From an uncultured candidatus Porisulfidus sp. (GTDB lineage: Bacteria; Pseudomonadota; Gammaproteobacteria; Poriferisulfidales; Poriferisulfidaceae), in contig OZ220694.1 in the NCBI GenBank assembly GCA_965116525.1, forward strand, positions 952,879-1,016,878: DNA of 64,000 bases, written 5' to 3'. Positions 29,821-39,985 of the stretch are shown here, piece by piece (positions within the stretch are counted from its first letter, which is position 1; each line of letters opens with the position of its first letter). Below the pieces are notes generated by a model. The model was not told the DNA's origin. It saw nothing but the letters and a program-made list of their open reading frames with translations, and did no database searches. A program made the translations under genes and the position numbers.

Positions 29821-30578
29821 CGGATATCAAGAGTGGTGGGCTTGCCGGGGCGCACTTTCAATGTCGCGCGCGCGTCCCGGTATCCGGGCCGGCTGGCGAC
29901 GACGATATAGTCGCCGGGCACCAATTGCATGGTCTGGCGCTCAAGTCGGCCGAGTTTTCCAACCCCATAGATTTCGATGTCGGACTGGTTGTCCGAAGTC
30001 AGGACCAGGGAGACCGGGACCTGCACCAGCTTGAGGGTGGCGACAAGATCTGTGAGAGCCTTGGCAATCTTCCGGTCATTGAGTTTCTTTTCCCGGACGT
30101 AGGCAATCCACTCTTTCGCCCGCGCCCGTATGACCTTGTCGTACAGGCCGTCCGGTAGTTTCAACGCGTCCAGCCGCCGGTGCGCCTCGATGTACAGGGT
30201 GACCTGCTCACGGCCTTGATGTGCCGCCTTCAGGTACGGAGAGATGGCCAGTGCCTTGAGATAGGCAGTGTCCGCCGCCTGCCAATCCTCTCGCTGCTGT
30301 GCTGCGGAGGCCTCGTTCAGCAAAGGCCGGGTCTGCTGGAACTGGAGTTCTGCCCGCGCTTGCTGAAGATAGTCCCGGGCCCGCTGCCCGTCCACTTGCG
30401 CCCACAGTTTCGCCGCCCGCGCCCAGTCCGCATCAAGCGTCGCACGGAGCGCCCGTTCCTGAAGATTCTCGGCTGCGGCGGTTCCTGCGGCCAATCCCAC
30501 CGCCAGCGCCAACACAACCGGGATCAGTTCAGGCCGCCACGTTCCGACAGATAGATTTCGTTCAGGATTTCGTGCCAC
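29799..30578 (-). CDS. periplasmic TPR-like protein with C-terminal PEGA domain
   Basis: Signal/TM LIPVVLALAVGLAAGTAAA. Helical TPR-like repeats (AKLWAQVDGQRARDYLQQA..., YLKALAISPYLKAAHQG). C-terminal DIEIYGVGKLGRLERQTMQLVPGDYIVVASRPGYRDARATLKV is PEGA-like. Confidence 0.55.
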   Translation of the reverse strand: MARNPERNLSVGTWRPELIPVVLALAVGLAAGTAAAENLQERALRATLDADWARAAKLWAQVDGQRARDYLQQARAELQFQQTRPLLNEASAAQQREDWQAADTAYLKALAISPYLKAAHQGREQVTLYIEAHRRLDALKLPDGLYDKVIRARAKEWIAYVREKKLNDRKIAKALTDLVATLKLVQVPVSLVLTSDNQSDIEIYGVGKLGRLERQTMQLVPGDYIVVASRPGYRDARATLKVRPGKPTTLDIRCTESIQ

Positions 30579-31702
30579 TGCTGGTACTGGTCTTCAACCG
30601 AGCCGGTAAGCGTGCGTGTCTGGTTCTCCACCTGTACGACCTGGGGTTCCACTTCAAGGTCGAGGGACTGGCCGAGCTCCTTGAGTGCGGCCTCGTGGAT
30701 TTCTGATGCCTCGTAGTCCTGGTAGGCATCATAGGCGCCGTAGGCTCCAGCTCCGACCAGTACCTGGCCGAGCTGCCGCGCCTCCGGGGTGGAACCGGAA
30801 TCGGCCGCGATGACGACCCCTCCGATGATGGCCAGCGCACTCAAGAGTCCCTGTGCCACGCTGGCCGTAACATTCTCGTCGTGCGCGCGCCGCTCGTAGA
30901 AACTCTGCCGTGCCCAGTCCCGATATGGCGCATCGAGTGCCTCCGCGAAATTCTCCGAGTATTCCTGCAGGGTTTCGATGAACAGGTCATCGCGCTCCTT
31001 GATCTGCAGCACCAACTGGTACAAGGTGTCTTCTTTGGCGGGCAGCGAGACCAGCCGCACGCGGCCATCGTCCACGGTGACATGGCGCTTGAATGCTTGC
31101 GGTGCGAATTCCCTCGCGAACCGCAATTCCGCGACGGCGCGGATTTCCTTCATGGCCGCCACGCCTTTCCGGTCACGTTCGATCAAGAGGTCTTTCGCGA
31201 TCCGGTCGAACAAAGCGTCCATCGGGCGGGCCCTGTCTTCGCCGGCATAATCGGTTTCACTGAATTCATGCTGGTAGACGCGGTCGACCCATTTCGCACC
31301 GGTCGCGTCGTAGGCACGTATTTCAAGTTCCAGTTCGGAACCGTTGGATTCCAGGACCGTGCCTTCGATGCGAAGGTCCGGGACCGCGCGTTCCGGCACC
31401 ACCCACACGTGCCGCCAGCCGCCGCCGCGCAGCATCGCCTGCCGCAACTGCTGGGGGAAATACAGGGTTTCGGCTTTCCGCACCTGGCGGAACACTTCCC
31501 CTTCGGCCACCTGCTCCTCGTCGACTTTCCCCTCGAACTGAACGATGCCGGCATCCAGGTACCACTCTTCCGGCACGGGCTCGCCGGCCGGCTCTTCCGA
31601 GCGGTCGCCGAGCAGGGTGCCATAGCCACCCCCCATCTGGCACCCGCTGGCCAAGGCCAGCAGCAGCGCGAGCAGGGCTATCCGTCTTGCAGGCTCTTGC
31701 AT
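30524..31702 (-). CDS. probable lipoprotein of unknown function
   Basis: Signal peptide with lipobox-like LLALASGC. 392 aa, no recognised domain. Confidence 0.5.
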   Translation of the reverse strand: MQEPARRIALLALLLALASGCQMGGGYGTLLGDRSEEPAGEPVPEEWYLDAGIVQFEGKVDEEQVAEGEVFRQVRKAETLYFPQQLRQAMLRGGGWRHVWVVPERAVPDLRIEGTVLESNGSELELEIRAYDATGAKWVDRVYQHEFSETDYAGEDRARPMDALFDRIAKDLLIERDRKGVAAMKEIRAVAELRFAREFAPQAFKRHVTVDDGRVRLVSLPAKEDTLYQLVLQIKERDDLFIETLQEYSENFAEALDAPYRDWARQSFYERRAHDENVTASVAQGLLSALAIIGGVVIAADSGSTPEARQLGQVLVGAGAYGAYDAYQDYEASEIHEAALKELGQSLDLEVEPQVVQVENQTRTLTGSVEDQYQQWHEILNEIYLSERGGLN

Positions 31703-32517
31703 TTCTCTTCCAGGTGTTTCCGGACTTCAGGGTCTTCTTCCCGCTCCGCCAGTTCGCAGACCTGCCGCGTCACGATGTCGTCGTCCCGGTCATAACCGTG
31801 CGAAGGACGGGTCTTGCCGGTCGGGACATTGCCCGGGACCTGCCCTTCGGCGGTTCCGCCGCGCTTGGCGTCGTCCTCTCCGGCGCCCCCTTCGGCATCG
31901 CCTTCAGTTTCCCACGCCGGCGAGTCTTCATCCGGCATCGATCCGGCGGTTCCGCCCCCGTCGTCCTGTTCCTTGCGGGCCTGGGCACGCGCATCCAGCA
32001 GGATCTGGTCGACACGGTTCAGTATCGCCTCGGCGCGGGCAAGATTTCTCTCTTGTTCTTCCTCCAGACTGCCCTGCCCGGCAAGTTCCGGGTCTCTTTC
32101 GAGTTCATCTTCGAGCCCGAGGTCTTCAGTGCCACCGGCCTCTTCCTGTTTCGCAAGATCCCGATCTTCTCCCTTCTGGCCTGGAAGGCCCAGATCTTCA
32201 GGGGGGCCCTCCTCGGAAGACGGCGTGTCAGAGGCTTGCGTGGACGGGGCATCCCCTCCGGCTTGTTCTGCGGATTCCGGGTCTTGCTCCACGGAATCTT
32301 CAACCGAGGGCATGGTGGCGGAGGAATCTTCCACTTCGGCATCGTCGGTGGATGCCTGCTCCTGCTGGGCCTCATCCGAAATCAGCCGCACGGCGATTTG
32401 CGGCGCGAAATCGGAGCCGATAGAAAAAGGCGATTCTGTCGCGTGGCCAGTGCTGCCAAGCGATACCAGTAGCCCCAGCGAAAGCAGGCGCGCGTACGTC
32501 GACATGGTTTTAGGCAT
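31678..32517 (-). CDS. secreted, extremely acidic low-complexity protein
   Basis: Signal peptide MSTYARLLSLGLLVSLGSTGHA. D/E/G/S-rich compositionally biased sequence. First gene of the minus-strand operon. Confidence 0.45.
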   Translation of the reverse strand: MPKTMSTYARLLSLGLLVSLGSTGHATESPFSIGSDFAPQIAVRLISDEAQQEQASTDDAEVEDSSATMPSVEDSVEQDPESAEQAGGDAPSTQASDTPSSEEGPPEDLGLPGQKGEDRDLAKQEEAGGTEDLGLEDELERDPELAGQGSLEEEQERNLARAEAILNRVDQILLDARAQARKEQDDGGGTAGSMPDEDSPAWETEGDAEGGAGEDDAKRGGTAEGQVPGNVPTGKTRPSHGYDRDDDIVTRQVCELAEREEDPEVRKHLEEKCKSLQDG

Positions 32518-32589
32518 TATAGCGGGAGGGCCTTACATCAATCTATAATTTGAGGAGGAGTCTACCGCTCTGGAAGCGGTCGTCCGCTT

Positions 32590-33150
32590 ATGCTCGTCTC
32601 GCTTTCTGCCCTTATTGACCAAGCCCTGCGCACCGACGCGGAAGCACAGAAGCGCCTTCAGGCGATGGGGCAACGCACGATCCGGCTGGAACTGCTCCCG
32701 TTGCCTGCCATCGGGTTGCGCATAGACGATGGGCGGTTGATCGTAGAGTCTCCGGAAGAACAGGCGGATCTCGCAGTTCGCGGGCATTTGGCAGCCTTTG
32801 TCCGGTATGTGGTCAGTGGCCGGGCCGACGGCATCCGCCTGGAAGGCGAAGGCGAGATTGCGCAGGATTTCCGCGACTTTCTATCTACCCTGGACATCGA
32901 CTGGGAGGAACTGCTGTCCCGCGCCGTCGGCGACGTGCCGGCCCGGCTAATGATGCGGACCGTCGAGGAATGCCGGCAGGTGGCCCGGAATTTCGGCACC
33001 GCGGCCGAGAGCAACACCCGGGACTATCTGCACGAGGAGTCGGGGTTGCTGCCGAACGCTTCCGATCTGGATCGTTTCGTGCGCGAGGTGGACCGACTCC
33101 GTGACGACTTGGAACGGTTTGAGCTGAGGCTCGACCGCATTCGGCCATGA
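32590..33150 (+). CDS. ubiJ: ubiquinone biosynthesis accessory factor UbiJ (SCP2 domain)
   Basis: 186 aa, SCP2-like N-terminus ([37 protein letters not shown]...). Immediately upstream of ubiB, as in ubiE-ubiJ-ubiB. Confidence 0.75.
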   Translation: MLVSLSALIDQALRTDAEAQKRLQAMGQRTIRLELLPLPAIGLRIDDGRLIVESPEEQADLAVRGHLAAFVRYVVSGRADGIRLEGEGEIAQDFRDFLSTLDIDWEELLSRAVGDVPARLMMRTVEECRQVARNFGTAAESNTRDYLHEESGLLPNASDLDRFVREVDRLRDDLERFELRLDRIRP

Positions 33151-34691
33151 ACTGGCAAGGGCGCGTTATCGCGCGACCGCTCTATATCCCGTGGGTGCTG
33201 TTGCGCCACGGTCTCGACGAAATCGTCTTGTCCCGGTTCCGGCTGACCCGCGGATTGATGTATTTGCTGCCCTGGCATTGGTTCCGCCGGTTGCGGCGGC
33301 CGAAGGCAGAGCGCATCCGGCGCGCACTGGAGGACTTGGGACCCATTTTCGTCAAATTCGGGCAGATGCTGTCGACTCGGCGCGACCTGTTGCCCACCGA
33401 CCTGGCCGACGAACTGGCCCATCTCCAGGATCGAGTGCCGCCGTTCGATGGCGAGGCGGCCCGAAAGGCTATTGAGCAATCGCTGGGGCGGACGGTTCAG
33501 GAGATGTTCAGCCAGTTCGACACGACACCGCTTGCTTCCGCTTCGGTGGCCCAGGTGCACGCGGCGCGCTTGGGCGATACCGATGTCATCGTCAAGGTGT
33601 TGCGCCCCAGAATCGAAAAGACGATCCGCCGTGACATCCGGCTGCTGTACAGGCTGGCCCGGTTTGCCGAGCGTTGCTGGGCGGGGTCCCGTCGTCTGCA
33701 TCCAGTCGATTTGGTGACCGAATACGAGGGGATCATCTTCGACGAACTGGACTTGACGCGCGAGGCCGCCAACGCGAGCCAACTGCGGCGCAACTTCGAG
33801 CACAGCGAACTGCTGTACGTGCCGGAGGTGTACTGGGATTACACGTCGAGGAACGTCATGACAATGGAACGCGTGTACGGGATTCAGATCTCGGACCGCG
33901 AGGAATTGCTGCGCCACGGGGTTGACCTGAAATGCCTGGCCGAGCGGGGCGTGGAGATCTTCTTCACCCAGGTGTTCAATCACAACTTCTTTCACGCCGA
34001 CATGCATCCCGGGAACATCTTCATTTCCCGGGAAACCCCGGAGTCGCCGAAGTACAGCGCGGTGGATTTCGGCATCATGGGGTCGCTGTCGGCTTTTGAC
34101 CAGCGCTATCTGGCCCTCAACCTTGCAGCCTTCTTCAACCGTGACTACCGGCGGGTGGCGGAACTGCACGTGGAATCCGGTTGGGTTCCATCTGGCACCC
34201 GGGTAGAAGAGTTCGAAGCAGCCATCCGCACCGTATGCGAGCCGATTTTCCAGCGGCCGTTCTCCGAAATCTCGTTTGCCAACCTGTTGTTGCGGCTGTT
34301 TCAGACTGCAAGCCGATTCCAGATGGAAGTGCAGCCGCAATTGATACTACTGCAGAAAACCCTGGTCAACATCGAAGGCGTCGGTCGCGAACTGTATCCG
34401 GATCTCGACCTGTGGACCACCGCCAAACCCTTCATAGACCGCTGGGTGAGCGAGCAGACCGGCCTGCCTGCGCTAATCCGGCTTGCGCGCCACCGCCTGC
34501 CGCAGTTGATCGAAAGTCTTCTCGGAGACTCCGCTGCCGCTCTCCCGCCGGACCCCTCCCCGGCACTTCGCACAGAACTGAAGGCCTCCCGGCGCAAACT
34601 GAAACGCGCCCGTATCGGATTGACGATTGCCATCCTCGTGGCATTCGCGGCGGGGGGCTGGCTGGCGCTGCTTCACTGGGGGGGCGGATGA
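33147..34691 (+). CDS. ubiB: ubiquinone biosynthesis protein kinase-like UbiB
   Basis: [20 protein letters not shown]...[11 protein letters not shown]...DMHPGNIF motifs of the ABC1/UbiB family. C-terminal TM helices. Confidence 0.92.
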   Translation: MNWQGRVIARPLYIPWVLLRHGLDEIVLSRFRLTRGLMYLLPWHWFRRLRRPKAERIRRALEDLGPIFVKFGQMLSTRRDLLPTDLADELAHLQDRVPPFDGEAARKAIEQSLGRTVQEMFSQFDTTPLASASVAQVHAARLGDTDVIVKVLRPRIEKTIRRDIRLLYRLARFAERCWAGSRRLHPVDLVTEYEGIIFDELDLTREAANASQLRRNFEHSELLYVPEVYWDYTSRNVMTMERVYGIQISDREELLRHGVDLKCLAERGVEIFFTQVFNHNFFHADMHPGNIFISRETPESPKYSAVDFGIMGSLSAFDQRYLALNLAAFFNRDYRRVAELHVESGWVPSGTRVEEFEAAIRTVCEPIFQRPFSEISFANLLLRLFQTASRFQMEVQPQLILLQKTLVNIEGVGRELYPDLDLWTTAKPFIDRWVSEQTGLPALIRLARHRLPQLIESLLGDSAAALPPDPSPALRTELKASRRKLKRARIGLTIAILVAFAAGGWLALLHWGGG

Positions 34692-36877
34692 TCCCGGCGG
34701 ATCCGGTCCTGGATGTCCTGAACGAGGCACAGCGCAACGCAGTCACATCGGACCCGGACCATTGCACGTTAGTGCTGGCGGGCGCCGGTTCCGGCAAGAC
34801 CCGGGTGCTGACTCACCGTTTCGCTTGGCTGGTGAAGACACAGGATATCCAGCCGAAGGAAATCCTGACGGTTACGTTCACGAACAAGGCGGCGGCCGAG
34901 ATGCGGGAGCGCATCGAGCGGTTGCGAGGGCAATCCGCAGGCGGCCTGTGGGTCGGAACCTTTCATGCGCTGGCCCGCCGGATGCTGCTGCGCTTCCACG
35001 AGGAGGCGGGACTGCCGGGGAACTTCCAGATCCTGGATCGCGAGGATCAGAAAACCTTGATCCGCCAGATCCTGCGGGATCTTGACCAGCCCCGCAAGGC
35101 GCGCGATGTCTCCGACGCCATTCGCTGGATCAGCCTGAAAAAAGGGGAAGGCCTGCGCGCCCGTCACATCGAACCTGAAAACCAACGGGAGGAGATCCGC
35201 CTTCAGGTGATGGAGCGGTACGAGAAGCGCTGCGACCAGAGTGGCCTGGTGGATTTTGATGAGTTGTTGCTGCGATGCGTCGAATTGCTGCGCAATCATT
35301 CCGCTGTGCAGCGGCATTACCAGTTGCGGTTCCGCCATCTCCTGGTGGACGAATTCCAGGATGTGGACGATCTGCAGAATGCCTGGCTGAAGTTGTTGGC
35401 GGGTGATGAACGCCCGCTGTTCGTGGTCGGCGATGACGACCAGTCCATCTACGGCTGGCGGGGGGCGCGCCCGAGGCATATCCTTGACTTCCAGAAGAAC
35501 AACCAGAATGTCCAGGTCTGGCCACTGGAGCAGAACTACCGCTCCACCACCCCGGTGCTGGAGGCAGCCAATGCGCTGATCGGAAACAACGACGACCGTT
35601 TGCAGAAGCGGTTGTGGACCGACCGACTCGAAAAGGACCCGATCACAGTGTTCAGCGCGCCAAACGGTAAGGTGGAAGCGACCTGTGTCATTGGAAAGAT
35701 CGAACAGTGGGTGGAGGCGGGAGGGCGTTGGGACGAATGCGCCGTGCTCTACCGCACGAACCGGCAGTCGCAGCCCTTCGAGACGAACCTGAACAACCGT
35801 CAAATCCCCTACCGGGTGTACGGGGGGATCCGATTCTTCGAGCGGCGCGAGGTGAAGGACACCTTGGCGTATCTGCGGCTATGCCTGAATCCGAACGATG
35901 ATGTTGCCTGGCAGCGGGTGTGCAACGTTCCTCCCCGGGGTATCGGCGCGGGGACGATCGAGAGGGTCCGCACTGCTGCTTCTGCGACCGATGGATCATT
36001 GTTTGCAGCGGCGCAGGAGCAGGTCAAGAACCAGTCCACCTCACGTGCGGGCCGCGCACTGGCGGAATTCGAGGAATGCATGGTGGCCTTGCGCGAAGAG
36101 ACCAGGGGGTGCGGTTTGGCTGAGGCTCTCCGACGCATCTTGGACAAGTCTGGATTGCTGGCAATGTACCAGGAGAATGACCGGGAACTGGAGGAGGTGC
36201 GCAGCGAGAACTTGGGGGAGCTGGTGAATTCGGCTGCGGCGTTCGAGGATGTCTGGGAACCTGACGAAGACGATGGTCCCGGCCTGACCGAGGCCTTTCT
36301 TGACAGTACTGCGCTGCAGGCCGGTGAGCGGGGCGAAGGGGCATCCGGGGACGCGGTTCAATTGATGACCCTGCACATGGCCAAGGGTCTGGAGTTTCCC
36401 CTGGTGTTCATCGTCGGGTTGGAAGACGGCGTTCTGCCGATGACGCGGGAGGATTCGCCGCTCGAAGAGGAGCGCCGGCTGTGCTACGTCGGCATGACAC
36501 GCGCCCGGCAGCAACTGGTGCTGACGCATGCCTACGAGCGATTGATCTTCGGGCGGATGTCCTCGGGCCTGATTCCGTCGCGCTTCCTGCATGAGCTGCC
36601 GGACGAATACACCGAGACCGAGGTGCCGGAGGACTTCGTCCCGCCTGCTTCTGCGTTTCTGGCAAGGTACGGGGCTAGGGCTGCCCGTTCGTCCCCTGCG
36701 GCCAACCTGGACGTGCCTAGCCCGGGCACAGCGGTGGCGCACCCGAAATTCGGCCCCGGCATCATCGTAGAATACGAAGGCCGGCCCCCGCATTTGCGGG
36801 TTCAGGTTCGTTTTGATAACAATGACACGGGCATCAAGTGGTTCATGTACGACTACGCGAAACTGGAATGCCAATGA
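34688..36877 (+). CDS. uvrD: UvrD/Rep-family ATP-dependent DNA helicase (729 aa; UvrD-like)
   Basis: [20 protein letters not shown]...[17 protein letters not shown] (motif I), LVDEFQD (motif II) and the remaining SF1 motifs. The true start at 34688 overlaps the ubiB stop (ATGA); the 898-aa track ORF is an upstream extension. Confidence 0.9.
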   Translation: MIPADPVLDVLNEAQRNAVTSDPDHCTLVLAGAGSGKTRVLTHRFAWLVKTQDIQPKEILTVTFTNKAAAEMRERIERLRGQSAGGLWVGTFHALARRMLLRFHEEAGLPGNFQILDREDQKTLIRQILRDLDQPRKARDVSDAIRWISLKKGEGLRARHIEPENQREEIRLQVMERYEKRCDQSGLVDFDELLLRCVELLRNHSAVQRHYQLRFRHLLVDEFQDVDDLQNAWLKLLAGDERPLFVVGDDDQSIYGWRGARPRHILDFQKNNQNVQVWPLEQNYRSTTPVLEAANALIGNNDDRLQKRLWTDRLEKDPITVFSAPNGKVEATCVIGKIEQWVEAGGRWDECAVLYRTNRQSQPFETNLNNRQIPYRVYGGIRFFERREVKDTLAYLRLCLNPNDDVAWQRVCNVPPRGIGAGTIERVRTAASATDGSLFAAAQEQVKNQSTSRAGRALAEFEECMVALREETRGCGLAEALRRILDKSGLLAMYQENDRELEEVRSENLGELVNSAAAFEDVWEPDEDDGPGLTEAFLDSTALQAGERGEGASGDAVQLMTLHMAKGLEFPLVFIVGLEDGVLPMTREDSPLEEERRLCYVGMTRARQQLVLTHAYERLIFGRMSSGLIPSRFLHELPDEYTETEVPEDFVPPASAFLARYGARAARSSPAANLDVPSPGTAVAHPKFGPGIIVEYEGRPPHLRVQVRFDNNDTGIKWFMYDYAKLECQ

Positions 36878-36908
36878 ACTTTGAATTCCACGCTCAAGGA
36901 GAGTTGTA

Positions 36909-37982
36909 ATGAAACGACGCGAATTTCTGGGGGCAGGCGCGGTCGCCGCCACGGCTGGCTTGGGGCTGGCTCGGCAGGCGAGTGCCGACGAGCCTCTGCG
37001 CTGGAAAATGGTGACCACTTGGCCGAAGAACTTTCCCGGGCTTGGCACCGGTGCGGAATTTTTGGCGGAATCGATCGGCGAGATGTCTGGCGGGCGCTTG
37101 CAAGTGCAGGTCTATGGCGCAGGCGAACTGGTGCCGGCGTTCGAAGTGTTCGACGCGGTCAGCCAGGGCGCGGCGCAGATGGGCCATGGCGCGGCCTATT
37201 ACTGGAAAGGCAAGAACCCGGCGTTCCAGTTTTTCTCCACCATGCCGTTCGGCATGACGGCCAACGAGATGAACGGCTGGTTGCTCAAGGGGGGCGGCAT
37301 GGAATTGTGGGAGGAGGCGTATGCTCCGTTTGGTGTCGTCCCGCTAGCTGCGGGGAACACCATGGTTCAGATGGGCGGCTGGTTCAAGCATGAGATTCAC
37401 GGAATCGAGGACCTTCAGGGCCTGCGCATGCGCATTCCAGGGCTGGGCGGTGAGGTATTGCGTCGGGTCGGCGGCACGCCGGTAAGCCTCAGTGGAAAGG
37501 AATTACTGGTATCGCTGCAGACCGGGGCGATCGACGCAACAGAATGGGTCGGTCCGTGGAACGATCTGGCGTTCGGCTTGCACCGCGCGGCGAAGTACTA
37601 CTACTATCCCGGTTGGCACGAACCCGGAACCACGCTGGAGTGCTTGGTTCACCGCCCGGCGTTCGAGGCATTGCCGGAGGATCTCCAGGCTATTGTGCGA
37701 AATGCCGCCCGGGCCACCAACGAAGACATGATGGCCGACTACACTGCACACAACAACGATGCGCTGAAAGTACTGGTCGAAAAATACGAAGTGGAGCTTC
37801 GGCAGTTCCCTTCGGAAGTATTAAGTGCGTTGCGGGAACATGCCGAGGCAGTGATCGCGGAAGTGGCCGAAACCGACGCTTTTGCCCAACGGGTTTACGA
37901 CAGTTACCAGGCGTTCTATGCACGAGTGCGGGACTGGACGGCCATCTCCGAGCAAGCGTATCTGGACACGCGAGTGGTGTAG
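36909..37982 (+). CDS. TRAP transporter substrate-binding protein (DctP family), Tat/Sec signal
   Basis: MKRREFLGAGAVAATAGLGLA signal. DctP-type fold features. TRAP permease genes nearby. Confidence 0.8.
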   Translation: MKRREFLGAGAVAATAGLGLARQASADEPLRWKMVTTWPKNFPGLGTGAEFLAESIGEMSGGRLQVQVYGAGELVPAFEVFDAVSQGAAQMGHGAAYYWKGKNPAFQFFSTMPFGMTANEMNGWLLKGGGMELWEEAYAPFGVVPLAAGNTMVQMGGWFKHEIHGIEDLQGLRMRIPGLGGEVLRRVGGTPVSLSGKELLVSLQTGAIDATEWVGPWNDLAFGLHRAAKYYYYPGWHEPGTTLECLVHRPAFEALPEDLQAIVRNAARATNEDMMADYTAHNNDALKVLVEKYEVELRQFPSEVLSALREHAEAVIAEVAETDAFAQRVYDSYQAFYARVRDWTAISEQAYLDTRVV

Positions 37983-38008
37983 AATACGGGGCCGACCAGG
38001 GCCCCTGA

Positions 38009-38596
38009 TTGGAATCCGGCATGAACCAATTTCTCGCGAATCCGACTTTCCCGATTCTCGCTCTCTACTATGTAGCGTGCCTGCTCAATTTCGCAGCTGC
38101 GCTGTGGATGGCCATTTCCATGGTGCGCATGCGCGGGACCGACCTCTGGATCTTCCGCCTGGCAATCACGTTCATCGGATTCGGATATGCAATCGTCGCC
38201 GTTTCGATGTTCAAAAACCCTGAATACGCGCCTCAGGCCAGCAACCTGATCTGGTGGTGGGTGATCGCGGCTTACGGCCTGCTGGTACTGCTGCAACCCA
38301 CCGGGATGATTTCCGGGACTCTCATCCGGATTGGAACCTATATCGCGGCGGCTCTGGCCGTTTGGGGCACCTCCATCGTCTTCGCCGAACAGGATGCGTT
38401 CGATGAACTCGCCACCTACTATGGCTTCTTTGGCGCCAATCTGGGTGCTGCGACCTGGATGATCATCAGCACGATGCTTAGCGAGGACATGATGCGGCAG
38501 AAACGCATCATCATCTTGGGCGTCGGCGTGATTTATGCCGCGCTGGCAGTTACCGGCCTGCAGACCATGCAGATGGTTCAGATTTCGCCGTACTAA
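38009..38596 (+). CDS. hypothetical 6-TM membrane protein
   Basis: Six predicted hydrophobic helices, no conserved motif recognised. Located inside the TRAP locus. Confidence 0.45.
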   Translation: MESGMNQFLANPTFPILALYYVACLLNFAAALWMAISMVRMRGTDLWIFRLAITFIGFGYAIVAVSMFKNPEYAPQASNLIWWWVIAAYGLLVLLQPTGMISGTLIRIGTYIAAALAVWGTSIVFAEQDAFDELATYYGFFGANLGAATWMIISTMLSEDMMRQKRIIILGVGVIYAALAVTGLQTMQMVQISPY

Positions 38597-38611
38597 TTTA
38601 GAAAGCTTCTC

Positions 38612-39985
38612 TCAATAGCCGAATATCGCCTGTGGCAACCAGGTGGCCAGTTCTGGCCACAGGGCGAGAATGGCCAGCATCAGCACTTGCAAGGCGATGA
38701 ACGGCGCCACCCCGCGGTAGATTTGCGCTGTGGCTACGGTGTCGGGGGCGACGCCGCGTAAATAAAACAAGGCAAAACCGAACGGCGGGGTCAGGAACGA
38801 GGTCTGCAAGTTGATCGCAATCATCACGCCGAGCCAGATCGGATCCAGCCCCATCATCAAGAGCACGGGTCCGACCAGAGGCACCACCACGTAAGTAATC
38901 TCTATAAAGTCCAGCACGAAGCCAAGCAGGAACATCAGCACCATAACCGCCACCACGGCCCCGATCACGCCGCCGGGCAAATTTGCCAGCCACTCGTGAA
39001 CCAGGTTGTCGCCGCCGAGGCCGCGGAACACCAGCGAGAAGATGGAAGCCCCGATCAGCACTAAAAACACCATGCTGGAGACGCGCGCAGTGTCGTGCGT
39101 GACAGCGCGCAACATGTCCAGAGTCACAGGCCCTTCGCGGCGCGCAAGCAGGAGGCTGCCGACCGCGCCCAGCGAGGCCGCTTCCGTCGGCGTGGCGAAT
39201 CCACCCAGGATGGCCCCGAGCACCGTGACGATCAAGGTGAGCGGGGCCACCAGCGCGCCCAGTACCTCTCGCGTCGAAAGTTCGGGCACTTCGGAGTCCG
39301 GTGGCTTCGAAGGCAGGCGTTCAGGATTGCGCCAGGCAGTGAACAACAGGTAGGTCACGTACAGTCCCACCAGCATCAGCCCGGGGAGAATGGATCCGGC
39401 AAACAAATCCGCGACCGAAACGGTCTGCGGAGAAAAAATGCCCATTTCCAACTGGGCTTTCTGGAATGCGGAGGACATAACGTCGCCCAGCAGTACCAGG
39501 ACGATCGAGGGCGGAATGATTTGCCCGAGAGTGCCGGATGCGCAAATGGCGCCGCAGGCGACCGGCGGGTCGTAGCCACGCTGCAGCATGCTGGGCAGGG
39601 CCAGCAGACCCAGCGTTACCACGGTTGCGCCGACGATGCCGGTACTTGCCGCCAGCAGGACGCCGACCACCATGACCGAAATGCCGAGCCCGCCGGGCAA
39701 GGCTCCGCACAAGCGGCTCATCGCGTCCAGAAGGTCTTCGGCGACCTTCGAGCGCTGCAAGGTCACACCCATAAAAATGAACAGGGGGGCGGCGATGAGT
39801 ATGTCGTTGCTCATGATGCCGAACACTCTGGATGGCAGCGTCAGCAGCAGGGCCGGATCAAAGACCCCCGATGCCGTGGCTACCGCCGCGACCAGCAGAG
39901 AGACTCCGGCCAGCGTGAATGCGACCGGATAGCCGGCAATCAACGCCAGCACGACCAGCCCGAACAGCGCCAGCGCCCAGCTCAT
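38612..39985 (-). CDS. dctM: TRAP transporter large permease subunit
   Basis: 457-aa polytopic protein with typical DctM motifs (GIMSNDILIAAPLFIFMG, PPSIVLVLLG). Overlaps the dctQ stop. Confidence 0.88.
   Translation of the reverse strand: MSWALALFGLVVLALIAGYPVAFTLAGVSLLVAAVATASGVFDPALLLTLPSRVFGIMSNDILIAAPLFIFMGVTLQRSKVAEDLLDAMSRLCGALPGGLGISVMVVGVLLAASTGIVGATVVTLGLLALPSMLQRGYDPPVACGAICASGTLGQIIPPSIVLVLLGDVMSSAFQKAQLEMGIFSPQTVSVADLFAGSILPGLMLVGLYVTYLLFTAWRNPERLPSKPPDSEVPELSTREVLGALVAPLTLIVTVLGAILGGFATPTEAASLGAVGSLLLARREGPVTLDMLRAVTHDTARVSSMVFLVLIGASIFSLVFRGLGGDNLVHEWLANLPGGVIGAVVAVMVLMFLLGFVLDFIEITYVVVPLVGPVLLMMGLDPIWLGVMIAINLQTSFLTPPFGFALFYLRGVAPDTVATAQIYRGVAPFIALQVLMLAILALWPELATWLPQAIFGY

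Noticed and set aside
34181-34687. 169-aa N-terminal extension of the 898-aa helicase ORF
   Set aside because: It overlaps ubiB in another frame and is Arg/Pro-rich. The UvrD N-terminus ([19 protein letters not shown]) begins at 34688 with an ATGA junction to ubiB.
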